The notes under the pieces were generated by a model. That model was not told the origin of the DNA. It ran no database searches and saw only the letters and a list, made by a program, of their open reading frames with translations. Position numbers and translations under genes: made by a program. Shown here one piece after another: positions 18,482 to 28,766 of a stretch of 64,000 nt of DNA. Every line of letters begins with the position of its first letter. Position 1 is the stretch's first letter. Source of the DNA: a virus; IMG/VR virus record IMGVR_UViG_3300031227_007858. One strand, given 5' to 3'.

Positions 18482-19033
18482 ATGACTACATTAGCGAGAC
18501 TTGAAGAGTTAAATAAAGAATATACAAGCATAGTTGGTACTGATTTTATTCAACAGCATTTGGAAGAAGTTGCACAAGTAGTTGACCATATAGGAGACAA
18601 GAAGTTTAGTTATTATGTAGATATAGGACTTGCTCGTGCAGGAAGTGTCTGGCTATATGCTAATACTGTATGTGAGTCAGGGGCAACTCTTTTAGGTATA
18701 GATGTTGTTGTAACAGTGGAAGCTTTAAAAGCTTTAAAAGTTTTAAAAGAAAGAGGTTTTACTATTGATACTATACAGAGACCAGCTATTAGATGTGTAG
18801 CTGATGTGAAAGATGACATTGAATTATTACATATAGATGCTCAACATAGCTATGCTGCTGTTAGTGAAGAGTATTGGGCTTATTCTAGAAAAGTTAAAGA
18901 TGGTGGCGTTGTTTTGTTACATGATACAATGCTACATGAAGGTTGTATTAAATTTAGAGAAGAATTAGAAAGAGAAGGTAAAAATATTAAAACTTTTGGA
19001 GACTCACTTGGAATCTCATTAATAAGAATATGA
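18482..19033 (+). CDS. Class I SAM-dependent methyltransferase (Methyltransf_24 / TylF-MycF / CmcI-like)
   Basis: LLHIDAQHSY ... GGVVLLHD matches the (L/F)IDxDHxY ... GG(I/V)xxxDD pattern of this family. Paralogs at 25525 and 33862. Confidence 0.5.
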   Translation: MTTLARLEELNKEYTSIVGTDFIQQHLEEVAQVVDHIGDKKFSYYVDIGLARAGSVWLYANTVCESGATLLGIDVVVTVEALKALKVLKERGFTIDTIQRPAIRCVADVKDDIELLHIDAQHSYAAVSEEYWAYSRKVKDGGVVLLHDTMLHEGCIKFREELEREGKNIKTFGDSLGISLIRI

Positions 19034-20106
19034 AAAAAGTAAGTTTTTTATTAACTAAAGAATTTTTATTGAAGGAATATATTTTAAACAAAAAATCTTT
19101 TAAGAAAATAGCTCAAGAATTAAATATTTCTTCATCAAGTATAAAAAGATATTTAATTTATCATGATATTAAAATAAGGAGTGTATCTGAATCTCTTAAA
19201 GGACATACTCCTTGGAATAAAAATAAAAAAATTGGAATAATTCCAAAATCTGCTTTTAAAAAAGGGAATATTCCTTGGAATAAAGATTTAACTAAAGAAA
19301 CAGATAAACGGGTATTTAAAAACGCCCAAAAAATTTCTAAAGCTCTTAAAGGGCAAACTTCTTCTCAAAAAGGTAGAATTTATGTTCCTAGAGAGATTCG
19401 CTATTGTGCTTGTGACTGTGGTCAGAATTTTGAATGTAGAATAACTGATACAAAGAGATATATAAAGAATCATCAACCAAGGAGAATGAATTTAAGGCCT
19501 CCTCAATATGCAATAGATAATTTAACAAAATATGTAAAAGAGAATATGAAAAATCATCCACTTTCAGAAGAACATAAGAAAAAAATAGGAGATAGTAATA
19601 GGGGTAAAAAACGTTCTGAAGCGGCAAGATTGAAAATGAGTAAATCAGCTAAAAATAAGAAAGTATCTGTGGAAACCAGAAATAAATTATCTTTGAGTTC
19701 TAAATTAATGTGGGCCAAAGAAGAAATAAGAAATAAAATTACAAAAGCTGTTTTAAAAGGATTAAAAATAAAACCTAATAAACCAGAAAAGCTATTAAAT
19801 AAATTATTACAACAAATATTACCAAAAGAATATAAATTTGTGGGAGATGGAAAAGTAATAATAAATGGTTTTAACCCTGATTTTGTGAATGTAAATGGTC
19901 AGAAAAAAATCATAGAGCTATATGGAGATTATTGGCATAACAGAAAAGAGGTTATAGAAAGAGATGGAAGACGATTAATTGCTTACAAAAAATATGGTTA
20001 TAAAACATTAATAATTTGGGAACATGAACTAAAGGATTTAGATAAAATTAAAAAAAGAATAATGGAGTTTAATAATGTCAAAAGTAATTTTAATAAAACC
20101 CAATGA
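19030..20106 (+). mobile_element. Freestanding homing endonuclease: NUMOD3-like repeats plus C-terminal Vsr-like nuclease
   Basis: G(N/H)IPWNK...K(A/G)LKG NUMOD3-like units. C-terminal KPNKPEKLLNKLL...NPDFVNVNGQKKIIELYGDYWH...YGYKTLIIWEHELKDL is near-identical to 4249 and 42193. Confidence 0.6.
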
Positions 20107-21313
20107 TATTTTACAATATCAAAATCTTAATCATTTAAAAGCCATTGAACCGCCCATGTGGTTAACGATTTTAGCAAATTATTTTAAATCGGAAAAAATT
20201 ATTGATATGTCTGCACTAAATTTATCTATTATAGAAACAATTGAACAAATAATACAATATAAACCAGATAAAGTAGTGTTATTGAGTACTGGAAACCATC
20301 CAAGTGCATACATACAGTCTAGGGCTCAAATAGAGCGTATAGGAGACATGTTACGAGCATTAAATATAGAAACTGATACTTTATACAGCTTACCAATTAA
20401 TCCTATGGATTATGAATCTCCTAGATGGGATTTATTAGATATGAGTAAATATAGGGCTCATAATTGGCACTGTTTTGGAGGGTTAAAAAGAAATAACTAT
20501 GGTGTTGTTTATAGTAGTGTAAGTTGTCCGATGAAATGTGAATTTTGCAACATTCATAATTTTTACATTACTCCTTATAAACAAAGAGATGTAAATGCAG
20601 TATTAAAAGATTTTCATGATTTATATAGTCAATATGGAATAACTAATTTTAAAATAATGGATGAGTTATTTGTAACTAAAGCTAAAAGAACTTACGAGAT
20701 ACTTGATGGACTTAAAGATATAGGTGATAAAATAAATATTTGGACTTATGCTCGTATAGATACTGTAGATGAGAAGTTATTAAAAGAGTTGAGAGCTGCT
20801 GGTATTAGATGGCTATCTTATGGTATTGAGACAGGTAATGATGAAATAAGAAAGAGTATAATGAAAGGACAGTTTACTAAAGATGACATTAAAGATATTG
20901 TGCAAATGACTAAAGATTGTGGAGTAAATATTATAGCTAATTATATGTTTGGATTTTGGGACGATAATTATAATACTATGAGAGAAACATTAGATTTTGC
21001 TAAAGATTTAAATTGTGAGTTTGCTAATTTTTATGCAACAGTAGCTTATCCTGGTAGCAAGTTTTTTGATGTAATGAAAGAGAGAGGAGTAGAGTTATCT
21101 GATGATTATAACGATTATGCTCAATTTAGTAAAAGTTTTAAACCATTACCAACAAAACACTTAACATCTCAAGAAGTATTGGAGTTTAGGGATAAAGCTT
21201 TTCAAGATTTTTTTACTTCTCCAAAATACTTGTCAATGATGAAACAAAAATTTGGTAATGGGGTTATTGATGAAATTAAACAAATGACAAAAATTAATAT
21301 AAAAAGAACATGA
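20075..21313 (+). CDS. Radical SAM enzyme with an N-terminal B12-binding-like domain (class B-like)
   Basis: CPMKCEFC (CxxxCxxC), preceded by about 150 aa with the Rossmann-like pattern of B12-binding radical SAM proteins. Confidence 0.65.
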   Translation: MSKVILIKPNDILQYQNLNHLKAIEPPMWLTILANYFKSEKIIDMSALNLSIIETIEQIIQYKPDKVVLLSTGNHPSAYIQSRAQIERIGDMLRALNIETDTLYSLPINPMDYESPRWDLLDMSKYRAHNWHCFGGLKRNNYGVVYSSVSCPMKCEFCNIHNFYITPYKQRDVNAVLKDFHDLYSQYGITNFKIMDELFVTKAKRTYEILDGLKDIGDKINIWTYARIDTVDEKLLKELRAAGIRWLSYGIETGNDEIRKSIMKGQFTKDDIKDIVQMTKDCGVNIIANYMFGFWDDNYNTMRETLDFAKDLNCEFANFYATVAYPGSKFFDVMKERGVELSDDYNDYAQFSKSFKPLPTKHLTSQEVLEFRDKAFQDFFTSPKYLSMMKQKFGNGVIDEIKQMTKINIKRT

Positions 21314-21840
21314 TAATATTAACACCAGAAATATTAATAAATGAAGGAATTAAAGAGACATTTAAGAGATTTGACGTTGCTATGATTTATTTAGTAATTG
21401 ATAGATATTTAAAAAATGAAGATAATCCATTTGAACTATATGGTAAATTACAGCATTTAAGAAACTCTAAAAATTTTGAAAAAAAATCAGAATGGGAATT
21501 AAATTTATCTCATGGAATTGATTGTATTAAACAGTATATTAAATTATTCAGTAGAGAAAAAAAATCTGTTAATTTAGTTAGAATGGATAGAATAGACACT
21601 GCTACTTTAACTAACCCCCCTATTCAAATATCCAGAAATCTGAGATTAGTAAATGGCTCTCATAGATTAGCAAATTTTTTATATTTTAAACATGGAGAAA
21701 TAGAAGCTAGAATGGATGGCAGTGAGGTACCTCCATCATTTGGATTTCAAATTAATTGGTTAGAAAAGTATTTTACTAAAGAAGAACAAGAACAAGTATT
21801 TAGTATAATAGAGAGAATAAAAAAAGATTATGGATTTTAA
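21310..21840 (+). CDS. Hypothetical protein
   Basis: No motif recognised. Confidence 0.35.
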   Translation: MIILTPEILINEGIKETFKRFDVAMIYLVIDRYLKNEDNPFELYGKLQHLRNSKNFEKKSEWELNLSHGIDCIKQYIKLFSREKKSVNLVRMDRIDTATLTNPPIQISRNLRLVNGSHRLANFLYFKHGEIEARMDGSEVPPSFGFQINWLEKYFTKEEQEQVFSIIERIKKDYGF

Positions 21841-22432
21841 AGAATATAGTAAATATAAGAGGTGTTTTGTTATAGGTAATGGTTCTAGTTTAAATGAAAT
21901 GAATTTAGATTTATTAAAAGATGAATTAACTATAGGATGTAATTTAATTTGTAAAAGTGGTTTTGTTCCAAAGTTTTTATGTGTATCTGATTCTGACAAT
22001 TTTAAAACGCAAGAAGAGTTTCTACCCTTTAATACTAATTTTGTGTTTGCTTCTCCACCATGTATAGTATCAGATGATATAAAATGTCGTAAAGTTGCAT
22101 TGAAACAGGAAGAATCTATGTTAGATGCTATAGAATTAGATAAAGATTTTAACAAAACATATTGGGCAAGAAATGTAATTATAGAGTTATGTATTCCATT
22201 AGCAAATTATCTTAATATCAAAGAAATATATTTAATTGGAATTGATGGGATTAAAAAAGATAACTATAGTCATTTTTATGATACTGTAATTTTACCAACT
22301 AATACTGATTTTGTACCTTATTATAATAAAATAAAAGAGTTGTATAATGGAACTATTTACGATTGTACTGTTGATGGTTATTTAACAATGTTTGAAAAAA
22401 GAGATTATTTAGAGGTACTAAATGGAAAATAA
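21830..22432 (+). CDS. Cst-II/Maf-like transferase (GT42 / DUF115-like), paralog 1
   Basis: N-terminal CFVIGNGSSL...LTIGCN resembles Cst-II MKKVIIAGNGPSL...FRCN. Later KEIYLIGIDGI resembles Cst-II KEIYLSGIDFY. Confidence 0.5.
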   Translation: MDFKEYSKYKRCFVIGNGSSLNEMNLDLLKDELTIGCNLICKSGFVPKFLCVSDSDNFKTQEEFLPFNTNFVFASPPCIVSDDIKCRKVALKQEESMLDAIELDKDFNKTYWARNVIIELCIPLANYLNIKEIYLIGIDGIKKDNYSHFYDTVILPTNTDFVPYYNKIKELYNGTIYDCTVDGYLTMFEKRDYLEVLNGK

Positions 22433-23081
22433 ACAATTAACATCTGGAATTATATATGATGTATTACACACTACTTTAAAGTATAACAAACCATTTGTTT
22501 TAGATAGAAAAATAAAACCAGCTTGGAGTTTTAATACTCATCTTTTTGGTCAAGTATTTACATGTAAGGGTAAGTTAGTGAGACATTCTCATTTTTTAGA
22601 CGATACAATTAGATTAAAAATGCTATCTAATATATCTGAAGATAATAGAGTAATGGTTTACGATACTGATAGATACTATGATGTAGCACATTTTGGTGAT
22701 ATAACTGCTGCTATAGCTCAAAAAAAGGGCTGTAAAGGAGCAGTAATAGATGGGTGCACTAGAGATATAGAAGGAATTGAAGAACTTAATTTTCCAATTT
22801 TTTGTAGAGATATTTTACCTATAGACTCTTTCGGTACTTGGCAAATAATAGATTATAATTGTGAGATAATCTTACCTGCTATAGATGGTAGAGTGGTAGT
22901 TAAACCTAATGATTGGATATTTGGGGATAGAGACTCAGTACTTATTATACCAGAGAAATTAGTAGATACAGTGCTTGTAGAATCTGAGAAGCAATTTGAG
23001 GCAGAAGAAAGACTTAAAACTAAAATATTAAATAATAACATAGATTTAATACAAGCATATGGAGAGGAGAATATACATTGA
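22422..23081 (+). CDS. RraA-like / MenG-family protein (4-hydroxy-2-oxoacid aldolase-type fold)
   Basis: FGDITAAIAQKKGCKGAVIDGCTRDIEGIEELNFPIFCRDILPI...IDGRVVVKPNDWIFGDRDSVLIIP matches the RraA-family GD..A..A...G..G.VIDG..RD..EI.E..FPVF core. Confidence 0.5.
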   Translation: MENKQLTSGIIYDVLHTTLKYNKPFVLDRKIKPAWSFNTHLFGQVFTCKGKLVRHSHFLDDTIRLKMLSNISEDNRVMVYDTDRYYDVAHFGDITAAIAQKKGCKGAVIDGCTRDIEGIEELNFPIFCRDILPIDSFGTWQIIDYNCEIILPAIDGRVVVKPNDWIFGDRDSVLIIPEKLVDTVLVESEKQFEAEERLKTKILNNNIDLIQAYGEENIH

Positions 23082-23728
23082 TTATCGCATTTATTCACGC
23101 AAAAGAACATAGTAATAGGTTAAGAAATAAAAATATAAAGATATTAGGAGATAAACCATTATTTTGTCATGCATTACTTAATGCTAAGAATGCTAACTTA
23201 GTTGATAGAGTAGTTGTTGATAGTGATTCTGATGAAATATTAAATATAGCTATTGAGCATGGAGTTGAAGCTTTTAAACGTCCTATTGCATTTGCAACTA
23301 ACAAGACTACAGGAGATGATTTAGCATATTATGAAGCTATTAGATATGAATCAGATATTATGTTACAGGTAGTACCAACAGCTCCATTTATTACATCTCA
23401 AACTATAGATGTAGCTATTGATTTGTTATTACAGTGTAAAGAGTTTAATACTGTAGTAGGAGTGAGAGCTGATAAGTTTTATATATGGGGAAATAATAAA
23501 CCAATTTATGGTGATAGCATTCCAAATAGCAACGAATTACCAGATACTATCTACGAAACTACTGGATTATATGTAAATAGAACAGAATCAGTTTTAAAAC
23601 TTAAAAAAAGAATAGATGTAGAGAACAGTTATTTATTGAAATTATCTAAAATAGAAGCAATTGATATTAATACTCAAGAAGATTTTTACTTTGCACAAAC
23701 AATATGGAACGGATTAAACAGAAAATAA
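23078..23728 (+). CDS. Sugar-acid cytidylyltransferase, NeuA/KdsB-like (CMP-nonulosonate synthetase family), divergent
   Basis: IIAFIHAKEHSNRLRNKNIKILGDKPLFCHALLNA...DRVVVDSDSDEI parallels IAIIPARGGSKG(I/L)P.KNI..L.GKPLI...I..A......D.V.VSTD. Confidence 0.5.
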   Translation: MIIAFIHAKEHSNRLRNKNIKILGDKPLFCHALLNAKNANLVDRVVVDSDSDEILNIAIEHGVEAFKRPIAFATNKTTGDDLAYYEAIRYESDIMLQVVPTAPFITSQTIDVAIDLLLQCKEFNTVVGVRADKFYIWGNNKPIYGDSIPNSNELPDTIYETTGLYVNRTESVLKLKKRIDVENSYLLKLSKIEAIDINTQEDFYFAQTIWNGLNRK

Positions 23729-24390
23729 ATAATAGAACAGTAGCGATACTTTCACATGGTAAATCTATAGAGAAATTAGAAGATAAAATTTATCAATTTA
23801 AAGATAAAGATATATGCTGGGTAAGTTTTAATTATTGGCAGTTATTTGATGAATTCATACTTTATAAAATTAATAAGAAACTGGACATAGTATTAGATTG
23901 TGCTAACTCAGAAACTTTAGAGTATGAAGAGTCAATTAGAATTCCTTTTATAAAAAAATTACTTGAGAGAGGAACTACTGTATTATCTGTACAAAAAGTA
24001 TTAAATAGCTGGAACGTTGTTAAGCAAAAATTATATCAAGATAGAATAGTATTATTAGACAATTTTTTTGATATTTCTACAGTAGTTAATACTTTGGTAT
24101 TACTAATATATGCTATAGCTCAATCTAATCCTAAAGAAATACTGCTTTTTGGGGTGGATGGTTATACTGAAGAAGATAATGGGTTATCTAGTTATTATAA
24201 ACCTGATTTTCAATTATTTAGAAGATTAGCTATTAGATTAAATAATAAAGATACTTTAAAAAGAGAAACAAATGCACTTAATGAAACATTTTACAGTAAT
24301 TATAGAGAGTTATTTAATAAAGAGTATACAGTTCCAACAATTAATTATTCAAAAAATAGTAAAATAACAATATTTAATAAGGAGAAATAA
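23704..24390 (+). CDS. Cst-II/Maf-like transferase (GT42 / DUF115-like), paralog 2
   Basis: VAILSHGKSIEKLE...DICWVSFNYW and TLVLLIYAIAQSNPKEILLFGVDGY. Paralogous to 31472 and 32232. Confidence 0.4.
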   Translation: MERIKQKINNRTVAILSHGKSIEKLEDKIYQFKDKDICWVSFNYWQLFDEFILYKINKKLDIVLDCANSETLEYEESIRIPFIKKLLERGTTVLSVQKVLNSWNVVKQKLYQDRIVLLDNFFDISTVVNTLVLLIYAIAQSNPKEILLFGVDGYTEEDNGLSSYYKPDFQLFRRLAIRLNNKDTLKRETNALNETFYSNYRELFNKEYTVPTINYSKNSKITIFNKEK

Positions 24391-24909
24391 ATGGGTTCAA
24401 TAAAAAAAATAGTTGGGAAAGTAGATTTGGGTGAACCAGACCATAATCCCCCAGAAGGAAAATGGAATTTACCATTTGCAGTAGAGTTACATGAAAATAT
24501 TCATATACATTGGCAAGATATTAGAATTGAAATGGATACGGAAGATTTTGAAGAGTTTGCATTATCTATTGCCAATGCTTATAAAAATTGGAAAGATGAT
24601 GGTAGTCCTAAAGGTTTATCAGCTACTAAATGGTATGGTCGTTGGGTAGGTGAAGAAGATATGCATTTTTATAAGGATAGATTAACTAAAATTAATGCAT
24701 TAGGTAAAACTTCACATTTGTTTAGAAAGTTTCCTAGAACTGAAAGTGGTAAAAAATATTATGATGGAGTATTTCAGATAGAGAAGCAGAATGGAGATGG
24801 AAGATATCATATTCATTATAAGAATTTTAGATGGGAGTTAGGAAAGAAACAATGTAAACAAGTAGCTGAAGAGTTTAGTAATGTAGTTAAAGAAGAGGAA
24901 GAATTATGA
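24391..24909 (+). CDS. Hypothetical protein
   Basis: No motif recognised. Confidence 0.35.
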   Translation: MGSIKKIVGKVDLGEPDHNPPEGKWNLPFAVELHENIHIHWQDIRIEMDTEDFEEFALSIANAYKNWKDDGSPKGLSATKWYGRWVGEEDMHFYKDRLTKINALGKTSHLFRKFPRTESGKKYYDGVFQIEKQNGDGRYHIHYKNFRWELGKKQCKQVAEEFSNVVKEEEEL

Positions 24910-25574
24910 TTGTAAGACCGAAACTTCCACAATCAATGTTAGATTATGTGGAAGTAAAAAGTGTACAGGATTTAGGTAAAGAGATATTATTTGAACAGTT
25001 TATAAAATATAATAACTTAGATAGTGGTACTGATAAAACAATGTTACAAGTAGGTGGTACTGGTAGAGACCCTGATGGAACAGTGAGAATAAATAAAAAA
25101 ACAAATTCTTCATATTTTTATCAAATGAAATATGTTAATTTAGATTTAGCAGATGATGGAAACCCTAGTACTATTATAGCTGATATTACTAATTGTCCTG
25201 AAGTAGAGAGTGAACAATTTGATTTTATTTTCTGCAATGATACTTTTGAACATATTGCAGAACCCTGGAAAGCAGCAAAAGAGATAAGTAGATTGCTAAA
25301 ACATAATGGTATTTGTTTTATTATAGCTCCTTTTGCATGGAGATACCATACTTCTCCTATTGATTATTGGAGATTTACTCCACAATGTTTAGTTTATCTA
25401 TTTAGAGATTTAGAGTTAGTAGAAGCTAATTGGGCTAATAGTCTCAATCTTAGAAGAGGGAATGCTGAAAAGGGAATACAGGGTAATGGTTCATGTAATG
25501 ATTTAGTTCCAGAAGATAGATTAGGTGGATGGAGAGAGAACTGGAGGGTATACTACTGTGGACGTAAAAAATAG
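24906..25574 (+). CDS. Class I SAM-dependent methyltransferase (Methyltransf_11/23-like)
   Basis: FDFIFCNDTFEHIAEPWKAAKEISRLLKHNGICFII matches the classic motif II/III region of small-molecule methyltransferases. Confidence 0.45.
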   Translation: MIVRPKLPQSMLDYVEVKSVQDLGKEILFEQFIKYNNLDSGTDKTMLQVGGTGRDPDGTVRINKKTNSSYFYQMKYVNLDLADDGNPSTIIADITNCPEVESEQFDFIFCNDTFEHIAEPWKAAKEISRLLKHNGICFIIAPFAWRYHTSPIDYWRFTPQCLVYLFRDLELVEANWANSLNLRRGNAEKGIQGNGSCNDLVPEDRLGGWRENWRVYYCGRKK

Positions 25575-26166
25575 AAAAGGAGAAATATTTGAGTTAAGAG
25601 AACAATTATCAAAATTTAATAATGAAGTTGATTATAGAGTTCAATATAAATATTGTTTTAATATTTCTCACAATCTATTTGAAATTGAACAACTTGCTAA
25701 TTACATAGGGAACAGAAAGTTTAATTACTTTTTAGAAATAGGTGGAGCTAATGGTGGTTCTTTATGGTTTTATTCTAATTTATTTTGTTCTTCTTCAGCT
25801 TTTATTAGATGTATAGAACCTAAAAGAGTAGAAGCATTACTTTTTATTAGAGATAAATTAGAAGAAACTGGTAAAAGTGTATCTATCGACCAAGCTTGGT
25901 CTTATACTAAAAATTTATGTGAAAGTATACCAGATAATACTATTGATTTATTACATATAGATGGTTCTCATTTGTATGAGGATGTTAAAATAGATTTTGA
26001 ACTATTCTATCCTAAAGTAAAGAAAGGTGGAATAATATTAATGCATGATGTTATATCTCACGAAGGTTCTAAGAAATTTATTGGTGGGATAGGTGATAAA
26101 TATAATATGATAAAGTTTGTAGATAAAGATTTTGGATTAGGGATTGGTTTAATTGAAAAACAGTGA
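25525..26166 (+). CDS. Class I SAM-dependent methyltransferase (Methyltransf_24-like), paralog
   Basis: EIGGANGGSLWFYS ... DLLHIDGSHLYEDV ... GGIILMHDV. Confidence 0.5.
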   Translation: MDGERTGGYTTVDVKNRKGEIFELREQLSKFNNEVDYRVQYKYCFNISHNLFEIEQLANYIGNRKFNYFLEIGGANGGSLWFYSNLFCSSSAFIRCIEPKRVEALLFIRDKLEETGKSVSIDQAWSYTKNLCESIPDNTIDLLHIDGSHLYEDVKIDFELFYPKVKKGGIILMHDVISHEGSKKFIGGIGDKYNMIKFVDKDFGLGIGLIEKQ

Positions 26167-26750
26167 GGATAAAAATGAATAAAAAAGATTTAATTAAATT
26201 TGAAAAAGAGATAGCAGATTTATTTGAAAATGGAGAAATTAAATTTCCTATTCATTTAGGTGGTGGTAATGAAGATAAATTAATAGAGATTTTTAAAGAA
26301 CATTATAAAGATGGAGATTGGATACTTGGTACATGGAGAAATCACTATCAGTGGTTATTATCTGGTAGAGATTCTGAAGAGTTAAAAAAGCAAATAATGA
26401 ATTATGGTAGCATGCATGTATATGATGATAGATTCTTTACTAGTGCTATTGTTGGTGGAATAGCTCCTATAGCTGTAGGTATAGCTCTAGCTTTACAAAA
26501 ACAGAAATCTAATAGCAAAGTACTATGTTTCTTAGGAGACATGGGAGCAAGCACTGGTATATCTAGAGAAAGCATCACTTATGCTGAAGGGCATGATTTA
26601 CCAGTATTATTTATTATAGAAGATAATGGTTTATCAGTTGCTACAGATACTAAAGAAGTATGGGGTACTAAAAATAAGTCTAAAACAATTAAATATGAAT
26701 ATGAGCGTTTTTATCCTCATTCAGGAATAGGCAAGTTCATTTTATTTTAA
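26163..26750 (+). CDS. Thiamine-diphosphate-binding subunit, E1-alpha / transketolase-N-like (short)
   Basis: CFLGDMGASTG...IIEDNGLS shows the GDG-(x~25)-N TPP-binding signature. At 195 aa it is a truncated or minimal version. Confidence 0.5.
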   Translation: MRIKMNKKDLIKFEKEIADLFENGEIKFPIHLGGGNEDKLIEIFKEHYKDGDWILGTWRNHYQWLLSGRDSEELKKQIMNYGSMHVYDDRFFTSAIVGGIAPIAVGIALALQKQKSNSKVLCFLGDMGASTGISRESITYAEGHDLPVLFIIEDNGLSVATDTKEVWGTKNKSKTIKYEYERFYPHSGIGKFILF

Positions 26751-26793
26751 AAACAAAGAGAGGAAGATAGTTAGCTAGAAAGGGAGGCAGTAA

Positions 26794-27066
26794 ATGATAG
26801 TAAAAATTAGCAAAGAAGAGGGTTGGGCATTTTATGATGGGTTTTCAAGTGTTGATTATGAGAGAGTAGATGAAGCAAAGTCTAAACAGTATCGATGTGA
26901 TGCAGAGTGGTTTACTGGTAAAAAGGGTTGTGGGATTTTAATGGTACTTTGTCATAAAGAATCTAGAGATGAACATTCAAAATTTGCACCTACATTTTCA
27001 ATAAAAACAGACAATATTACTTATCTATGTAATGATAAGGGTGAGACAATAGAAAGAATTAACTAA
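26794..27066 (+). CDS. Hypothetical protein
   Basis: Strong RBS GGAGG upstream. Confidence 0.4.
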   Translation: MIVKISKEEGWAFYDGFSSVDYERVDEAKSKQYRCDAEWFTGKKGCGILMVLCHKESRDEHSKFAPTFSIKTDNITYLCNDKGETIERIN

Positions 27067-27108
27067 ACAGAGAACAATCTTCCTCTCTGTATATAAAGGA
27101 GAAATAAT

Positions 27109-27363
27109 ATGTATAAAAAACCTGACAAATTAAAATACTTGATTTATACCATGGATGAATTTTTTAACCAGTCACATTCTAAAGATGAGATAAAACTAAA
27201 TGAAGAATATCTTAATGGAGTATATCGAACAAAGCAATATTTTTTTAGTATTGTGAAAATGCTATATTGTGATTTAGAGTTACATGAAAATTTAATTAAA
27301 GATATAGAGAGATATTTTAGTACAAAAAAGTATGAGCAAAATTATCAAGATATTTTTAAATAA
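27109..27363 (+). CDS. Hypothetical protein
   Basis: RBS AAGGAG upstream. Confidence 0.4.
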   Translation: MYKKPDKLKYLIYTMDEFFNQSHSKDEIKLNEEYLNGVYRTKQYFFSIVKMLYCDLELHENLIKDIERYFSTKKYEQNYQDIFK

Positions 27364-27377
27364 TAAGTGAACAAATT

Positions 27378-27593
27378 ATGAAAAATAAATATCCTAAATG
27401 TTATGGAAAGTTTAGCAAATGTCCTTTAGAGAAAAGAATATTTTGTGTTAAAGATACAATTAACGTTGCTGAAAAATGTAGACGAACAGAGCTTATTAAT
27501 AACGAAAAAATAAAGTACAAAATGTACACTGATTTAAATGGTAAAGTGTGGGTTTGTTCAAATGCTAAAGTAAAGAATGGAGAGAAAAAATAG
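27378..27593 (+). CDS. Hypothetical Cys-containing mini-protein
   Basis: ORF with three scattered Cys residues and a C-terminal CxxxxxxxxC pair. Confidence 0.3.
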   Translation: MKNKYPKCYGKFSKCPLEKRIFCVKDTINVAEKCRRTELINNEKIKYKMYTDLNGKVWVCSNAKVKNGEKK

Positions 27594-28116
27594 TATGAAT
27601 GTAAAAACAGCAAAATTAATATGGCTAACAGGATTACCGTGTTCAGGTAAAACTACACTAGGAGATGCTTTAGCATCAAAGTTAAAAGAGTTAAATGTTA
27701 ATGTTTGTAGATTAGATGGAGATATTGTGAGAAAGAATCTATGGACAGATTTAGGTTTTAGTAAAGAAGATAGAGCTGAAAATTTAAGAAGAATATGTGA
27801 ATTATCTAAATTGTTTGTAAAAAGTAATGTTACTGTTATAGCTACTTTTGTATCACCATATCAAAAAGTTAGAGATGATATACGAAAACAATTTAAAGAT
27901 AATTTTATTGAAGTATTTGTTAAAACATCTAAAGATGAATGTATTAAAAGAGATGTAAAAGGAATGTGGGCTAAAGCTATAAATGGAGAAATTAAAGAAT
28001 TTACAGGGTGGGATGACCCTTATGAAGAGCCTGTTAATCCAGAAATTATTATTGAAACAGAAATAGAGACTATTGATATTTCTATTACTAGACTCATTAA
28101 CAATCTAAAAATATGA
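27577..28116 (+). CDS. cysC: Adenylylsulfate (APS) kinase
   Basis: IWLTGLPCSGKTTLGDAL...CRLDGDIVRKNLWTDLGFSKEDRAENLRRICEL...FVSPY parallels the CysC signature (W.TGLSGSGKST.A..L..........LDGDN.R..L..DLGFS..DR.EN.RR..EV...F.....V.FISP). Confidence 0.75.
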   Translation: MERKNSMNVKTAKLIWLTGLPCSGKTTLGDALASKLKELNVNVCRLDGDIVRKNLWTDLGFSKEDRAENLRRICELSKLFVKSNVTVIATFVSPYQKVRDDIRKQFKDNFIEVFVKTSKDECIKRDVKGMWAKAINGEIKEFTGWDDPYEEPVNPEIIIETEIETIDISITRLINNLKI

Positions 28117-28766
28117 AATTAGGAATTATAGTGGGGAGTGGGTTAGAAGATTTAGAAAAATTAGATGGAATTAGTTTAGTAATATCTAGACATGGGCAGC
28201 AACATGATATAAGTCCTAGTAAAATTCCATATAAAAATCAAATGTTAGCTATGGCAAATGCAAATATTACTCATATATTATCAATGACTGCATGTGGCTC
28301 ATTAAGAGAGAATTTGTGTCCTGAGATGTTTATTTTGCCTGACCAAGTTATAGATAGAACATATAAAAGAAGTAATACAATACTTAATGATGTTGTTCAC
28401 ACTGCTATGGCTGACCCATTTAGTAAAGAGCTTGCTGATATTATAGAGAGCTCGTTAGTAAAATTAAAACTACCTTATGCTAGAAATAAAACATTGGTAA
28501 CAATAGAAGGACCAAGATTTTCTACTAGAGCAGAATCTAAGATGTATAGACAATTAGGATTTGATATTATTAATATGACTACAATGCCTGAAGCTATATT
28601 TGCTAAAGAGTTAGGAATACAGTATCAACCTATTGCTATGGTTACAGATTATGATTGTTGGAAGAAAGGAGAAGACGTTACATTTGAAAAAATAAAAAGT
28701 GTAATGAGTGACAACCGTGAAAATGCAATTGCATTATTAACTGATATAGTAAGGGGGTTAAAATGA
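28113..28766 (+). CDS. 5'-methylthioadenosine / purine nucleoside phosphorylase (PNP-MTAP family)
   Basis: MKLGIIVGSGLEDL start and IINMTTMPEAIFAKELGIQYQPIAMVTDYDCW match the MTAP/PNP N- and C-terminal signatures. Confidence 0.65.
   Translation: MKLGIIVGSGLEDLEKLDGISLVISRHGQQHDISPSKIPYKNQMLAMANANITHILSMTACGSLRENLCPEMFILPDQVIDRTYKRSNTILNDVVHTAMADPFSKELADIIESSLVKLKLPYARNKTLVTIEGPRFSTRAESKMYRQLGFDIINMTTMPEAIFAKELGIQYQPIAMVTDYDCWKKGEDVTFEKIKSVMSDNRENAIALLTDIVRGLK

Noticed and set aside
27040-27090. Possible intrinsic terminator ACAGAGAACAATCTTCCTCTCTGT after gene 26794..27066
   Set aside because: A 7-bp stem is present but there is no downstream T-tract. Not convincing as a Rho-independent terminator.
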